Positions 63,734 to 64,000 of a stretch of DNA of 64,000 nucleotides are shown here, piece by piece. The stretch lies in assembly GCA_963735115.1 (NCBI GenBank), contig CAVTJR010000003.1, positions 1,352,641 to 1,416,640 of the forward strand, written 5' to 3'. Source of the DNA: an uncultured Actinomycetota bacterium (GTDB lineage Bacteria; Actinomycetota; Acidimicrobiia; Acidimicrobiales; Bog-793). Each line of letters begins with the position of its first letter. Position 1 is the first letter of the stretch. Under the pieces are notes generated by a model. That model worked only from the letters and a program-made list of their open reading frames with translations, had not been told where the DNA came from and made no database searches. The translations under genes and the position numbers were made by a program.

Positions 63734-64000
63734 TCAACCGAGCGGCACCGACTGAGGGAACCTGAACACGTCGTCAGGGTCGTAGGTGCCCTTCACCGTC
63801 TCGAGACGCCGCAGGTTGGAGCCGTAGTAGGCGTTGGCCCAGTCCGTCAGCTCCGGGTCCGGGTAGTTCTGATACGCCTGGCCGCTGACGTAGGGCCGCA
63901 TCGACTCCCAGGACGATCGCAACCAGCGGCGATTTTGCCGCACCGTCGAGGGTGGTGCGCCTTCCGGCCAGCCGGCGCTGTACTGCAGGGTGCAGCGGGC
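63734..64000 (-). CDS. FAD-linked oxidase, berberine-bridge-enzyme-like C-terminal end; 5' part beyond the window
   Basis: The C-terminal part ...YVSGQAYQNYPDPELTDWANAYYGSNLRRLETVKGTYDPDDVFRFPQSV matches the BBE C-terminal domain pattern. The frame stays open to the window end. Confidence 0.7.
   Translation of the reverse strand, partial: ARCTLQYSAGWPEGAPPSTVRQNRRWLRSSWESMRPYVSGQAYQNYPDPELTDWANAYYGSNLRRLETVKGTYDPDDVFRFPQSVPLG

Overview
This is a visibly GC-rich bacterial chromosomal segment (GC not computed) with Actinomycetota-type content. It carries the rimO-pgsA-cinA ... recA synteny, a mycobacterial-type HAD/PlsC fusion, a DGPF/ECF42 sigma pair, LAL-type AAA-TPR regulators and a class E sortase fold. 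I support about 55 protein-coding genes, 3 tRNAs (Arg-TCT, Lys-CTT, His-GTG), several hairpin terminators and several repeats. I found no rRNA, CRISPR array, intact IS or integrase.

Core and metabolic genes:
- recA, cinA, pgsA, rimO
- CoA-transferase, GH1 glucosidase plus galK
- cfa, an APC permease
- the CBS plus cystathionine gamma-lyase pair
- HMG-CoA lyase, riboflavin kinase

Four regions stand out:
1. A translationally coupled pst operon (50.9-61.1 kb) is extended by a membrane-anchored second PstS, a 795-aa anchored surface protein, a sortase homologue with all three catalytic residues replaced, and a lipoprotein.
2. An operon at 17.7-22.4 kb encodes an alpha/beta hydrolase, a MurF-like ligase whose N-terminal domain is replaced by transmembrane helices, a Ddl-type ligase and a PH/SHOCT membrane protein. 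It lies outside any dcw context.
3. A DUF559/AbiEi-like gene is tightly bracketed by two 50-bp structured direct repeats.
4. tRNA-associated decay zones hold a 31-bp tRNA-Arg fragment bracketing a degraded cyclase-STAND gene, two IS481-like 5' remnants and a frameshifted lipoprotein next to tRNA-Lys and tRNA-His.

Several genes show frame disruptions: a UvrD-like helicase, the DGPF gene upstream of ECF42, the lipoprotein and the cyclase. These could be real decay or assembly indels. All calls rest on reading the sequence and ORF track by eye; no database search was run.
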